A stretch of 32,000 nucleotides of DNA from an archaeon GW2011_AR10. Its GTDB lineage: Archaea > Iainarchaeota > Iainarchaeia > Iainarchaeales > GW2011-AR10. The position numbers were made by a program, and so were the translations under genes. Below are positions 23,001-31,652 of the stretch, piece after piece. Each line of letters begins with the position of its first letter. The stretch's first letter is position 1. Below the pieces are notes generated by a model. That model made no database searches. It had not been told where the DNA came from and was given only the letters and a program-made list of their open reading frames with translations. The stretch is from positions 900,001 through 932,000 of the forward strand of contig CP010424.1 in NCBI GenBank assembly GCA_000830275.1, given 5' to 3'.

Positions 23001-25376
23001 ATGGATGAAAAAGAAAAGCTGATAATGTCTTCAATCGGCAAGCTGCTGCAAGAAAAAGCTGAGGACGACGAAATAATTGATAGCCTGACAGGGCTTGGCT
23101 TAAGCGAGGAGGAAGCAAAACAGTACCTTGCGGAAGCAAAGAAGCGCATTGAGTCAGGGCAAGGAGAATATGCCTCAGAGGATGATTCGCTTGAAAAAAT
23201 AATCAGTGATTCCTCAAAAGAGCAAATGCAAGAAATTGGTGAAGGGCCAGAGGAAAGAGCAGGAGCTTTAGGGGGAACAGACCAAGGCGGTTTTGAAACT
23301 ACGCCTGAAGCAAAACCCATTCAAAGTGAAAAAACTGGTTTACTTGAAAGAATTCTTGGAAAAAAACCCGCAGCAAAAGCCGGAGAAAAAGAAAAAGCAG
23401 GAAAAGAAAAGGTTAAAGCGCCTGAAAAAGAAACCTTGGAAAAGCCTGGCTCTTTTTGGGAGGCAAAGCCAGGAAAATATTGGGGGGAAACAGAAAAGGC
23501 TTCCAAAAAAAAATCAGGGTTATTTGACTCGCTCAAAAAAATGGCCGGAAAAAAGAAGCAAGTTGGTGGTTTGGAGCCTGAGCTTTCAGGAAAGCGGGAG
23601 CCAGTAAAGGAGATAAGAGTTAAGTCTGCTCTTGAGGAAACGCTTGAAGGAGGCAAAGAAACAGAAGAAGCTGCAGGCAAATATGAGGAAACAGAAGAAA
23701 AGCCCAAACAGCAGAAGCCTGTTGAAGAAGATGGAACAATGCAGGAAAGCGTTTCTTCGGTTGGAGAAGAGCTCGGTGCAGGCCTTCTGGAACTGGAAGA
23801 GAAAACAAAAACAGGCAGGGAAAAACGCACACCCTCAAAACAGGGGAAGGAAAAAAAGGAAACCGGAAAAACACTGAGAGCACAAGAGCAAAAAGCAAGG
23901 GAAACAGAGAAGCCTGCCGCAGTTCAGGTTAGGCCAAGGCCAAGGGGAAAGCTGACTCTGCTCATTATCCCAAACAGGGAGTACTCGAGGAGCATCGGCG
24001 TTATTGCAAAGTATTTGTCTGACAATTACTCCAAAGTCGCATACATAAGCTTAAACGAGTTGTATGATACGCTTCAAAGCAATCTTAAGGCAAACAAAGT
24101 TGATGTTGACCGAATGATTTTTGTTGACGCAATAACTAGGACCGCGCAAACCAGGATACAGAAAACAAGCAACTGCACTTTTGTTACCTCCCCGAATGAC
24201 TTGGTGGAATTAAGCCTTGCAATTACTGATGTGCTGAACAAAGGGAATGTTGATGCACTGCTTTTTGATTCGCTTTCAACGCTGCTGATTTACGAGAAAG
24301 AAAAAACTGCAACCAAATTTATCCATTCACTTATCGGAAAAATAAAGGCTGTTGGTGGTGACTCGGTTTTAACTGCACTTGAAGGGGACGCAAACAGAGA
24401 AGCAATCAGGAACCTGCAAATGTTTGTGGATGAAGTTCTTACAATGAGCCAGTTCCAGATAAACAACCTGCAGCAGGGCTACGATGAGCTTGATGTCAAG
24501 CAAGAAGAGCCAGCAGAGCCCATAGGAAAGGCATTGATGGGAGCACTTAAGGAGCTTGAAATTTCAAGGCCTGCAGTGAAAGCTGTTGCGAAAAGAGGGA
24601 ACGAAAAAGAAATCATTGGCCAGCTTGGCGAGCTGAAAAAACAGTTAAGCGGCATTGAAGCACGGCCTTCGCATGAAAATGAATTCAAAAAGTTTGAGGA
24701 GCAGCTGAAAAAACTTGAAGCAAGGCCAAAGCCAGTTGAAGCTGCGCCAGCGATACAGAAAGAGCTAAGGGAGCTGAAAAAGCAGCTGAAAAAAATTCAG
24801 GGAAGACCAAAAGTAAAAGTTATTGATTCGAGGAAAGCAGTCAGGGAGGCCCTCAAAAAAATTGAGGAACGGCTGGCAAAAATTAAGCCAAAACAGCAGA
24901 AGCAACAGCCAGTGAACCAGCTTAAGAAAGAGTTGAGAAAGCTTGCTGAAAAAATTCGCGGGATTTCAGGAAAGGGGGAGAAAGAGAAAACATCAAAGAT
25001 TATAGAGAAGGAATGGGGAAAGCTGGAGAAAAGGTTCAAAAAAATCGAAAAACAGCCTGGTTTCCACAAAGAACTTAAGGGGCTGTCTGAAAAGATAGGA
25101 AAAATCAAGGCAAAACCGTTGCCTAAAAAGTACCTCAAAAAAATTGAGGAGCGATTTGACCGAATGGAGAAAAAAATTGGAAAAGACGATAAAATGCACC
25201 GCGCGGAAATGAAAAAACAGCAGAGAATCCAGGAGACGAAAGACAAAGCGGAAAAGCAGGTTAAGGCCCTTGAAAGAAAGCTCTCACTGCTTAACAAAAG
25301 CTATTCTCTGGGGGTAATAAGCGAGGGAGCTTATCTAAAAGACAAATCGCGCATTGAAAAGCTGCTGAAAAAATAG
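23001..25376 (+). CDS. Degenerate KaiC/RecA-like protein (no Walker A) with shared N-terminal helical domain, E/K-rich linker, K-rich ..RP repeats and SHOCT-like C-terminus
   Basis: ATG at 23001 (MDEKEKLIM..). The N-domain ..IIDSLTGLGLSEEEAKQYLAEAKK parallels ..VVGSLKDIGLSEEEAHSLLEKAKG of 25922..27100. The RecA-like core KLTLLIIPNREYSRSIG...DALLFDSLSTLL...SVLTALEG has PNREYSRS where the paralogue has GGAGTGKT (23951-23999). C-terminus LERKLSLLNKSYSLGVISEGAYLKDKSRIEKLLKK. Confidence 0.85.
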   Translation: MDEKEKLIMSSIGKLLQEKAEDDEIIDSLTGLGLSEEEAKQYLAEAKKRIESGQGEYASEDDSLEKIISDSSKEQMQEIGEGPEERAGALGGTDQGGFETTPEAKPIQSEKTGLLERILGKKPAAKAGEKEKAGKEKVKAPEKETLEKPGSFWEAKPGKYWGETEKASKKKSGLFDSLKKMAGKKKQVGGLEPELSGKREPVKEIRVKSALEETLEGGKETEEAAGKYEETEEKPKQQKPVEEDGTMQESVSSVGEELGAGLLELEEKTKTGREKRTPSKQGKEKKETGKTLRAQEQKARETEKPAAVQVRPRPRGKLTLLIIPNREYSRSIGVIAKYLSDNYSKVAYISLNELYDTLQSNLKANKVDVDRMIFVDAITRTAQTRIQKTSNCTFVTSPNDLVELSLAITDVLNKGNVDALLFDSLSTLLIYEKEKTATKFIHSLIGKIKAVGGDSVLTALEGDANREAIRNLQMFVDEVLTMSQFQINNLQQGYDELDVKQEEPAEPIGKALMGALKELEISRPAVKAVAKRGNEKEIIGQLGELKKQLSGIEARPSHENEFKKFEEQLKKLEARPKPVEAAPAIQKELRELKKQLKKIQGRPKVKVIDSRKAVREALKKIEERLAKIKPKQQKQQPVNQLKKELRKLAEKIRGISGKGEKEKTSKIIEKEWGKLEKRFKKIEKQPGFHKELKGLSEKIGKIKAKPLPKKYLKKIEERFDRMEKKIGKDDKMHRAEMKKQQRIQETKDKAEKQVKALERKLSLLNKSYSLGVISEGAYLKDKSRIEKLLKK

Positions 25377-25446
25377 ATTCGAGGTGCAGAAAACTTTATA
25401 AACGATAATAACAATACTTAATAAGTTAATTTAGCCAAGGAACAAC

Positions 25447-25854
25447 ATGAAGAAAAAAAGGAAAGCAACAGGCAAAAGCAAGGCAAAGAGAGCAGGCAGA
25501 GGAAATAGAAAAGCCCCGAGAAAAGCCAAAAGGAAAACTGTTAAAGTGGCTTCTGCAAGGGAAAGCGTGAAGAAGCATGGCCTGCTTGAAAACGCTTTAA
25601 GGGAAATAGAGAAAGAGCTTGACTCTCTGCGCGGACAAAAGCTTGACACTGAAAAAGAACTAGGTGGGCTTGCATCCAGTATTTCCTACACACAAAACAA
25701 GGAGCTGGAGCTTAAAAACACGGTACAGAAGCTTGTGGCAAAAGAGGAGCAGCTGAACCTCAAAAGGGAAAGGCTACAAGAGCAGATCCAAAAAGTAAAG
25801 GAAAAGATTACAAAGATAAGCCAGCTTGAAGCTGAAATGGAAGAAATTTCTTAA
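25447..25854 (+). CDS. Basic-tailed coiled-coil protein (hypothetical)
   Basis: 135-aa ORF. N-terminus MKKKRKATGKSKAKRAGRGNRKAPRKAKRK, followed by heptad-like E/K/L-rich sequence to the end. Confidence 0.6.
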   Translation: MKKKRKATGKSKAKRAGRGNRKAPRKAKRKTVKVASARESVKKHGLLENALREIEKELDSLRGQKLDTEKELGGLASSISYTQNKELELKNTVQKLVAKEEQLNLKRERLQEQIQKVKEKITKISQLEAEMEEIS

Positions 25855-25921
25855 GCAACTAGTTTCTATAAATCCAATTTTTGTTCAAATACATAAACAG
25901 TTTGCTTTACTTCTTCACCCT

Positions 25922-27100
25922 TTATTCTTCTTCCCTGAATATTTCTTGGTTGATGTAAATCTCAAAGCCGTGGTCAGTAATAGTGTATGGGGTGATTTTT
26001 CTGACATGGGAGGAACTCCTCAACTTCAGGATTTCAAGCGCTCTCTGCCTTGTATTGTGAATCTGAATATTGTAGAAAACCACAACCCCGTCTGCCAGAA
26101 ACTCTTCAATGCCTGAACGAGAGTATGTTCTTGGGCTCTGCTCCGTTTCACCGAAAACAAGGTTGCATGAATTGAACCTCTCCAGGGTTTCAAAAAGGTG
26201 GCGCAAGTACTGCCTGTAACCCTGCTCGTTTTCCATGAACGCAATGGAAAGAGCGGAAAGTGAATCAACGACAACCCTGTCTGGCTTGAAAGGCAAGTCA
26301 AACTGGAAAGGCAAGTCGAATTCCTCAAACTCGATGTAGAGTCCGCCCCTCTCCTTGGTTAACATTGCTTCAACTGCCCTTGCAATTGTTAGGGGATCAA
26401 TTTTAATGATTGCAAGGTTTTGCTCTTCCTCCATTTTTTCTAAATCCCAGTTAAAGTTTTCCATCATGTTCTCTTTTATCTTTGAAGCTGTTTCCTCCAA
26501 GGTAATGTACAGGCCTTTTTCTCCGTTCAATGCGCCATTGTAAATGCTCTGCATTCCAAAAGTTGTTTTGCCTGTTCCAGCTCCACCAGAAAGAAGTATT
26601 GTGTCGCCGCGCTTGAGACCGCTTCTTCCAATCAACTTGTCAAAGTCTGAAACCCTCACCGGAAGAACCTCGCGGAAAACTACTTTGCCAGACCTTTTTT
26701 GGAGCATTGCGGATTCCTTAATGCGCCAATCTCCACTGCTCTTATTTGTTGCTTCAAACGAGCCCCTGCCGGATGTTGAAGCCCTTTCAGCACCAAGAAT
26801 GCCGCTAATCATTGCCTGGGAGGAAGCTGGGCTGGCATCTCTTCTGCCAAAGAATTCATCATAAGAAGAACTCCAAAACTCGTTGCCTGAACTGCTTGGT
26901 TGCTCTTTTCGGTGTTCAGCTGAAGGTTTTTTGCTTGACCCTTCAGGAGTGGAAGAGCCCTTGGCCTTTTCGAGCAGGGAATGCGCTTCCTCCTCGCTTA
27001 AGCCAATGTCCTTCAAACTACCCACAACATCGTTATCGGAGAGTTTGTCTGCAACCATTCTTTTGGCTGCGTCAAGCAGCCTCTGCTTTTTTGCGTCCAT
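25922..27100 (-). CDS. KaiC/RecA-superfamily ATPase (FlaH/ArlH-like) with N-terminal helical domain and Ser-rich linker
   Basis: ATG at 27100 (MDAKKQRLL..); the track start is GTG 27109. Walker A GGAGTGKTT at 26561-26587 (minus strand). Walker B-like RVVVDSLSAL. C-terminal ..ALEILKLRSSSHVRKITPYTITDHGFEI is typical of KaiC-like single-domain ATPases. Confidence 0.93.
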   Translation of the reverse strand: MDAKKQRLLDAAKRMVADKLSDNDVVGSLKDIGLSEEEAHSLLEKAKGSSTPEGSSKKPSAEHRKEQPSSSGNEFWSSSYDEFFGRRDASPASSQAMISGILGAERASTSGRGSFEATNKSSGDWRIKESAMLQKRSGKVVFREVLPVRVSDFDKLIGRSGLKRGDTILLSGGAGTGKTTFGMQSIYNGALNGEKGLYITLEETASKIKENMMENFNWDLEKMEEEQNLAIIKIDPLTIARAVEAMLTKERGGLYIEFEEFDLPFQFDLPFKPDRVVVDSLSALSIAFMENEQGYRQYLRHLFETLERFNSCNLVFGETEQSPRTYSRSGIEEFLADGVVVFYNIQIHNTRQRALEILKLRSSSHVRKITPYTITDHGFEIYINQEIFREEE

Positions 27101-27184
27101 GAACCCCACAAATAGTAGGTTTTAGAGTTTAAAAACGTTTCAGAAAACAGAAAAAGGAGAAAAGCAAAATGAACTAATGATTCG

Positions 27185-27658
27185 TTAAGTGCACACGCCC
27201 ACAAGCGGCCTGATTCCAACTTGGGTTAGGTTAAGAGTGCTGCCGCCAACTGTTCTGCTGTAAGAAATGTTCACATCATAACTGTATGGGTCGGTGGAGT
27301 TACCGCAATCAATTGCTGTTGCGTTTACGGCGCTCTTCTCTGATCCGCCAGTAAACTCTGTGTCAGTGGTGGCAAGAGAAGTTGAGGTAAGCCTTATATC
27401 GGTTAAAGTCAACTTGTTGGATGTCTGGTTTCTGAGAACAATTATTGGTGCAGTGCTGCCGTCAGAGAACACCTCATACTGTGTCATTGCAAAAGGTGAA
27501 GTGCTTGCCCAATAAGCCTGGCTCTGGCTTTGCGTAATGCCTGTTCCAACTCCAGGAATCCAGCCAAGAACACCCACCACAATCAATGCAATTACAATTA
27601 TTACTGCAAGAATTATTAGGTACTCGGTTGTACCCTGGCCCTTCCTGTGAAGCATCAT
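27185..27658 (-). CDS. Archaeal type IV pilin (class III signal peptide), candidate pilin of module 2
   Basis: 157-aa ORF. N-terminus MMLHRKG|QGTTEYLIILAVIIVIALIVVGVLGW. Thr/Ser-rich body. A TATA-like acatttaaatacc lies upstream (~27706-27718, minus strand). Confidence 0.88.
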   Translation of the reverse strand: MMLHRKGQGTTEYLIILAVIIVIALIVVGVLGWIPGVGTGITQSQSQAYWASTSPFAMTQYEVFSDGSTAPIIVLRNQTSNKLTLTDIRLTSTSLATTDTEFTGGSEKSAVNATAIDCGNSTDPYSYDVNISYSRTVGGSTLNLTQVGIRPLVGVCT

Positions 27659-27776
27659 TAAACCTCTGGAATCTGAAAAAATAAATTCTACTTAATAAGA
27701 TGCATTTAGGTATTTAAATGTTTGCCTGTCATTCCTGCAACCATGACTTACGTGCAAAGCCCGATCACTGTTTTTT

Positions 27777-28796
27777 TTAGGCAGTTAATTTTAGGATTCC
27801 TGAAAGCACGGCTGTTGAAACAAAAAACAAGGCAAATGAAACAATAACCATTAATGGAAAATAGCGCAGGCCAAGCTTTTCCTTGCCGGTTTCAAGCAAC
27901 CCGATGAAAAGGCTCCCCATAAAAGAATTCACTGCCAGAAGAAAGAATGCAATCAAACGCATGAAGTCGGTGGAAACCAGCAGCTCGCTTGAAAGAAAAC
28001 CTATTTGCCCCACTGCAGTTGGAGCCACTGTAATCTGGCTCTGCACTTGGTTAATCATTTCAAGGAAAAGAACTGAAACGCTCAAAAGAAGCGGGGTTGC
28101 AACGAGCACAACGAAAACAACAAACAAAACATACATCCGAGTGCTTGACTGGAGCTCCTTTTTCAGTGCCTGGTTTCTGCGCAGGTCATTGGAAGTGGTT
28201 TCAAGAAGCTTTGCAATATGCCCGCCAGAACGGATTGACTGCGCAAAGAAGGAAACTGTTTCGGATAGGTTGCGGGAGCGAATCCTAATGCTTAACTCCC
28301 TCAGCGCATGAGTGAAGGACTCAGTCCCCAAACTCTTTGAAGTTGCAATCTTCACTTCCTCCGCCAAGGGGCCGAACTCGTCCATTGAACTCTGCCTGAA
28401 AGCAGAAAAGGGAGTCATCCCGGCGCGGATATTCGAAGCAACCAGCGAAAGAAAATCCGGGAGGATTTCTTCAACACGCTGGCTTCTTCCCTCAATTACG
28501 TAAAACAAGTGAAGGTAAAAAATCGTAATGGCCAGAACTGAAAAAAGAACAAACAAAAACAAGGAAAGAAAAATTACATGGTATGGTTCAAGAAAAACAA
28601 CTTGGAAAAAGTTTAGAAAAGTTAATGGAAGCAGGAAACCAATCAAACCGAAAAGCACCGAGAAAAGAATTTTCTTGCCAAGCCAGATGTCAAAGTCTTC
28701 GCTGATTCCGGCAAACTCTAGCATCGGGTAAATTCTCTCTTTCCTGAACTCTTTTGGAGTTAGCTCAGCCAAGGAATTGCTTATCCTCTCAAACAC
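27777..28796 (-). CDS. FlaJ/TadC-like polytopic membrane protein (single T2SS-F-type domain), paralogue of 10561..11562
   Basis: 339-aa ORF. GTG start overlaps the upstream TAG by 1 nt. Domain LPDFLSLVASNIRAGMTPFSAFRQSS..GPLAEEVKIATSKSLGTESFTHAL..FFAQSIRSGGHIAKLLETTSNDL. Confidence 0.9.
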   Translation of the reverse strand: MFERISNSLAELTPKEFRKERIYPMLEFAGISEDFDIWLGKKILFSVLFGLIGFLLPLTFLNFFQVVFLEPYHVIFLSLFLFVLFSVLAITIFYLHLFYVIEGRSQRVEEILPDFLSLVASNIRAGMTPFSAFRQSSMDEFGPLAEEVKIATSKSLGTESFTHALRELSIRIRSRNLSETVSFFAQSIRSGGHIAKLLETTSNDLRRNQALKKELQSSTRMYVLFVVFVVLVATPLLLSVSVLFLEMINQVQSQITVAPTAVGQIGFLSSELLVSTDFMRLIAFFLLAVNSFMGSLFIGLLETGKEKLGLRYFPLMVIVSFALFFVSTAVLSGILKLTA

Positions 28797-29683
28797 TACA
28801 AGTACACCTTCGGAATTCTTGTCCTAACAAAGCCAATCAAAACAACTTGGAAGACAATCCCAAGCCCAACAATCAGTGAAATAATTTCTGGCCCAATAGA
28901 GCTGCCGCCCAAAGCCGAAAGAATCACAAAAAAAGTTATGCCGAGAGTCGGAATTGCAGCTGCAAACAGCAAGTAAAGCAGAATCCAGAGATTTAATTCA
29001 GCAGCATAGTTTTTTATTGCACGCTGCTGCGCTGCAGTAAGCGAGTCCACAACCGTGTTAAGCGCGCCTGACAGAGAGGCACCGCTTCTGAGTGAGGAGA
29101 GAAGCTGCCACGAGGTTTTCTTCAGGTACTCTGACTTGGTTTTCAGCGCAAGCTTTTCCAAGGCCCTTGTTTCAGGTGTGCCAGAATTTATATCCCTGAT
29201 AACCCCCTTGAATTCCTCCGATACAACTCCATAATTTGATTTTGAAACATTAATCATAGCATCATAAAGGCTTATTCCTGATGTAACCTGAATCAGCATG
29301 CTCTTCACCGCAAAGGTTAGGCTCTGGTCAATGCCTGAAGCAACCTGGTAGGAAATAATTCTCGGGTACACTAAATGCAGAAAGAAAAAAATTGCGAAAA
29401 AAACCGCGCCGATTAAAACTGAAAGCAGAATGTTCTCCTGCAAAAATTCCGAGTCCTTCAAATAGAGAACACTGTTGAAGAAAAGAAAGCCAACCAAGCC
29501 GTAAACCAAGGCTGAAAGCAATGCAGCAACAAGGTAATGCTCGGCTTCGATTTCTAGCTCGGCTTTTTTCAGGTCATACTTTAAGCCGTAAAAAATTTTT
29601 GCAAGGAAACCTCCAAGCCAAGGAAGCCTTTGGCCAATGCTCTTTGAGAACCCAATCGAAAAAAGGAGAAAGCGAACCCTCAT
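28796..29683 (-). CDS. FlaJ/TadB-like polytopic membrane protein (single T2SS-F-type domain), paralogue of 9661..10560
   Basis: 295-aa ORF. ATGA overlap with the ATPase stop (29680-29683). Domain FAVKSMLIQVTSGISLYDAMINVSKSNYGVVSEEFKGVIRDINSGTPETRALEKLA..LLSSLRSGASLSGALNTVVDSL. Confidence 0.85.
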   Translation of the reverse strand: MRVRFLLFSIGFSKSIGQRLPWLGGFLAKIFYGLKYDLKKAELEIEAEHYLVAALLSALVYGLVGFLFFNSVLYLKDSEFLQENILLSVLIGAVFFAIFFFLHLVYPRIISYQVASGIDQSLTFAVKSMLIQVTSGISLYDAMINVSKSNYGVVSEEFKGVIRDINSGTPETRALEKLALKTKSEYLKKTSWQLLSSLRSGASLSGALNTVVDSLTAAQQRAIKNYAAELNLWILLYLLFAAAIPTLGITFFVILSALGGSSIGPEIISLIVGLGIVFQVVLIGFVRTRIPKVYL

Positions 29684-31560
29684 TGCTCCAACCCCAGAAA
29701 CCTTTTAGGGGAAACGCCCTTTTCAGCTGCAGCCATGATTGAATCAGGCTCAGAGTAAAAAAGCCTCATGATGGCTCCGACTTGATCCATTTCACTAATC
29801 CTGTTGTCGAGCATCCACTCCAGAATCTTTGCCCTCGAAAAAACATCCTCGCCAATTTCCTTCTGCGTTAAACCAGTGTGGAGGTTAAGGTTCTGGATAA
29901 GCTTTGAAGGCTCATTCACCTTATCCCAGTCATCTTCCCTCGGCCTCCAGCGGTAAATCGTGTTAACAGCCAGCTGCTCTGCCGAAACCCCTGATTCAAG
30001 CTCGGCTATTTCATAGGTGCGCCTAAGGTTTGTCCTGCGGTCACGGAACTGCACCAAAATTAGGTCAAGTGCTTCAACCTCAAGCGGTGGCACATTTATC
30101 GGCGGCTCAATAAGGCGCCTTAAAACCTGCTGGCCTGAATCAGCGTGAATGGTGGAGTAAACAGAGTGGCCTGTGTGCATTGCCTCAAAGAGAACCTCTG
30201 CTTCTCTCTGCCTGCGCATTTCTCCGAGAATGATTCTGTCCGGGCGCATCCTCAAAGAAGAGTGGAGCAGGTCAAGCATTCCAACTTCTCCTAAACCCTC
30301 TGGGTTAGGGTTCCTTGTTGTGAGAGGCACCCAGTTCCAGCGCATGTAGGATGGAAGCATTATTTCCCTTACGTCCTCAATTGAAATAATCCTGTGATAG
30401 GCCGGAATAAAAGCGCACAAAGAATTTAGGGTTGAAGTTTTACCTGAAGCAGTGCCGCCTGCAATCAGCACGCTCATCTCGTAATGCATTGCCATCCAAA
30501 GCAGTGCAGCCATTTCAATGCTCATAGTGTGCTTTTCGCCAATGAAATCAACAATAGTCCAAGGCCTCCTAGAGAAACGCCTGATTGTGATTGTGTTGCC
30601 GGAAGAGGAAACCGGGAAAAGGGTTGCATTAACCCTGTCGCCGGTAATAAGGTGTGCATCAAGAATCGGGTTAAGCGTTGTTATCTCTCTCCCAACCTTT
30701 CTTCCAATCTGTGAAGCAAAGTTTGCAATTTTTTCCTCTGATTCAAGGTAAATGTTGGAGCTTGCCCATCCGAAAACACGGTGGTAAACCGTTACAGGAG
30801 TTTTGCTTGAATTGATTGCAATCTCTTCCAAAGAATTGTCTGCCATCAGGAGCTCGATTCTGCCCAAACCATACATTGAATGGAGGAGCCTTCCGGCAAG
30901 GAGGTTAAGGTTTTTCTCGTCAATGCCCGGAATATGCGCTTGGAGCTCTTGCTTTGAAACATTGAAAAACTTTTCCTTCAGCTGGATGCTTTTCTTTTCA
31001 TCCGTTATTTCAGCCAGCTCAACAGGAATTTTTTCCGCAATCTCTTCCCTCAGCTGCTCCAAAAAAGCGTGGGTGTATGGCCCGACAAAAGGAGTCTTAA
31101 TCTCGTAAATAGTGCTGTTTTCCTTCCTTGACTTGAAGAGCGTGGCATGCACCGGAATAAAATCAGCAAAGAAATCGTATTGCTGCAAAACAAGGCCGTC
31201 AACTTTTTCCTGCGGTTCAATCTGCAGCTCTTTAAGCAGAACAACTGAAGGGCTTGAAATGACCGAGGCAGGGTAAACCACGTCAACAACGCCTTGCTTT
31301 TCCAAAACCTTTGCAACTTCCTCAACCTGCTTCTGGCTCCAACCAAGAGATGATGCAATTTCCTTAACCGATGCCTTCTTTTTCTGTACAACTATTGTCA
31401 TCAGTTCTTCAATGCCAGTTTTGATGGGAGCGTAATCAAAAGCAGGTTTCGAGTGTTCTTTTTTTAAGTGCTGTCCTTGCGCTGGCTTCTCAAGATTAAA
31501 AGCCCACTTTGCAGGAGACTTCATGGCATTGTCAAATTCAGCAACTGAATCATTCGGCAT
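29680..31560 (-). CDS. Type II/IV secretion-family assembly ATPase (FlaI/PilB/TadA-like) with fused N-terminal wHTH-like extension
   Basis: 626-aa ORF. Walker A GGTASGKT, SIEDVRE, RPDRIILGEMR, HTGHSVYSTIHA. Collinear with 8165..9673, with well over half of core positions identical by eye. The extra ~120 N-terminal residues contain the wHTH-like segment (~31271-31413). Confidence 0.95.
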   Translation of the reverse strand: MPNDSVAEFDNAMKSPAKWAFNLEKPAQGQHLKKEHSKPAFDYAPIKTGIEELMTIVVQKKKASVKEIASSLGWSQKQVEEVAKVLEKQGVVDVVYPASVISSPSVVLLKELQIEPQEKVDGLVLQQYDFFADFIPVHATLFKSRKENSTIYEIKTPFVGPYTHAFLEQLREEIAEKIPVELAEITDEKKSIQLKEKFFNVSKQELQAHIPGIDEKNLNLLAGRLLHSMYGLGRIELLMADNSLEEIAINSSKTPVTVYHRVFGWASSNIYLESEEKIANFASQIGRKVGREITTLNPILDAHLITGDRVNATLFPVSSSGNTITIRRFSRRPWTIVDFIGEKHTMSIEMAALLWMAMHYEMSVLIAGGTASGKTSTLNSLCAFIPAYHRIISIEDVREIMLPSYMRWNWVPLTTRNPNPEGLGEVGMLDLLHSSLRMRPDRIILGEMRRQREAEVLFEAMHTGHSVYSTIHADSGQQVLRRLIEPPINVPPLEVEALDLILVQFRDRRTNLRRTYEIAELESGVSAEQLAVNTIYRWRPREDDWDKVNEPSKLIQNLNLHTGLTQKEIGEDVFSRAKILEWMLDNRISEMDQVGAIMRLFYSEPDSIMAAAEKGVSPKRFLGLEQ

Positions 31561-31570
31561 GCGCGCACCC

Positions 31571-31585
31571 TTAATATATATAAAG
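31571..31585 (-). promoter_or_regulatory. TATA-like box of motor operon 2, consistent with a leaderless or very short-leader mRNA
   Basis: The minus strand reads ctttatatatattaa, centred about 20 nt upstream of the ATG at 31560. No SD-like sequence lies between them. Confidence 0.4.
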
Positions 31586-31652
31586 CACTATAGAAAAGAA
31601 TTTCCCCAATAAAAGCCTTATGCTTTCCGATCCGGGTTTCGCTGAAGGCACA

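Noticed and set aside
22871-23320. 149-aa minus-strand ORF spanning the spacer and the 5-prime end of the 792-aa gene
   Set aside because: It is antisense to a well-supported start region and has a Ser/Pro/Phe-rich composition with no motifs. The spacer part is better explained by the two stem-loops.
23293-23898. Overlapping ORFs on both strands within the E/K-rich linker of the 792-aa gene (23293..23607, 23321..23830, 23620..23898, 23632..23877), and similar ones at 24797..25297
   Set aside because: A purine-rich (GAA/AAG) coding strand leaves alternate frames and the antisense strand free of stops. The translations are poly-K or S/F/P-rich junk.
25922-31560. Module 2 plus the KaiC-like ATPase as an archaellum (FlaH-FlaI-FlaJ) operon
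   Set aside because: There is no archaellin-type N-terminus: the pilin here is KG|QGTTEYLIIL rather than an archaellin-like signal. No FlaF/FlaG/FlaC-E-like genes are present, FlaJ is split in two, and the KaiC-like protein carries extra domains. A non-archaellar type IV pilus-like system fits better.
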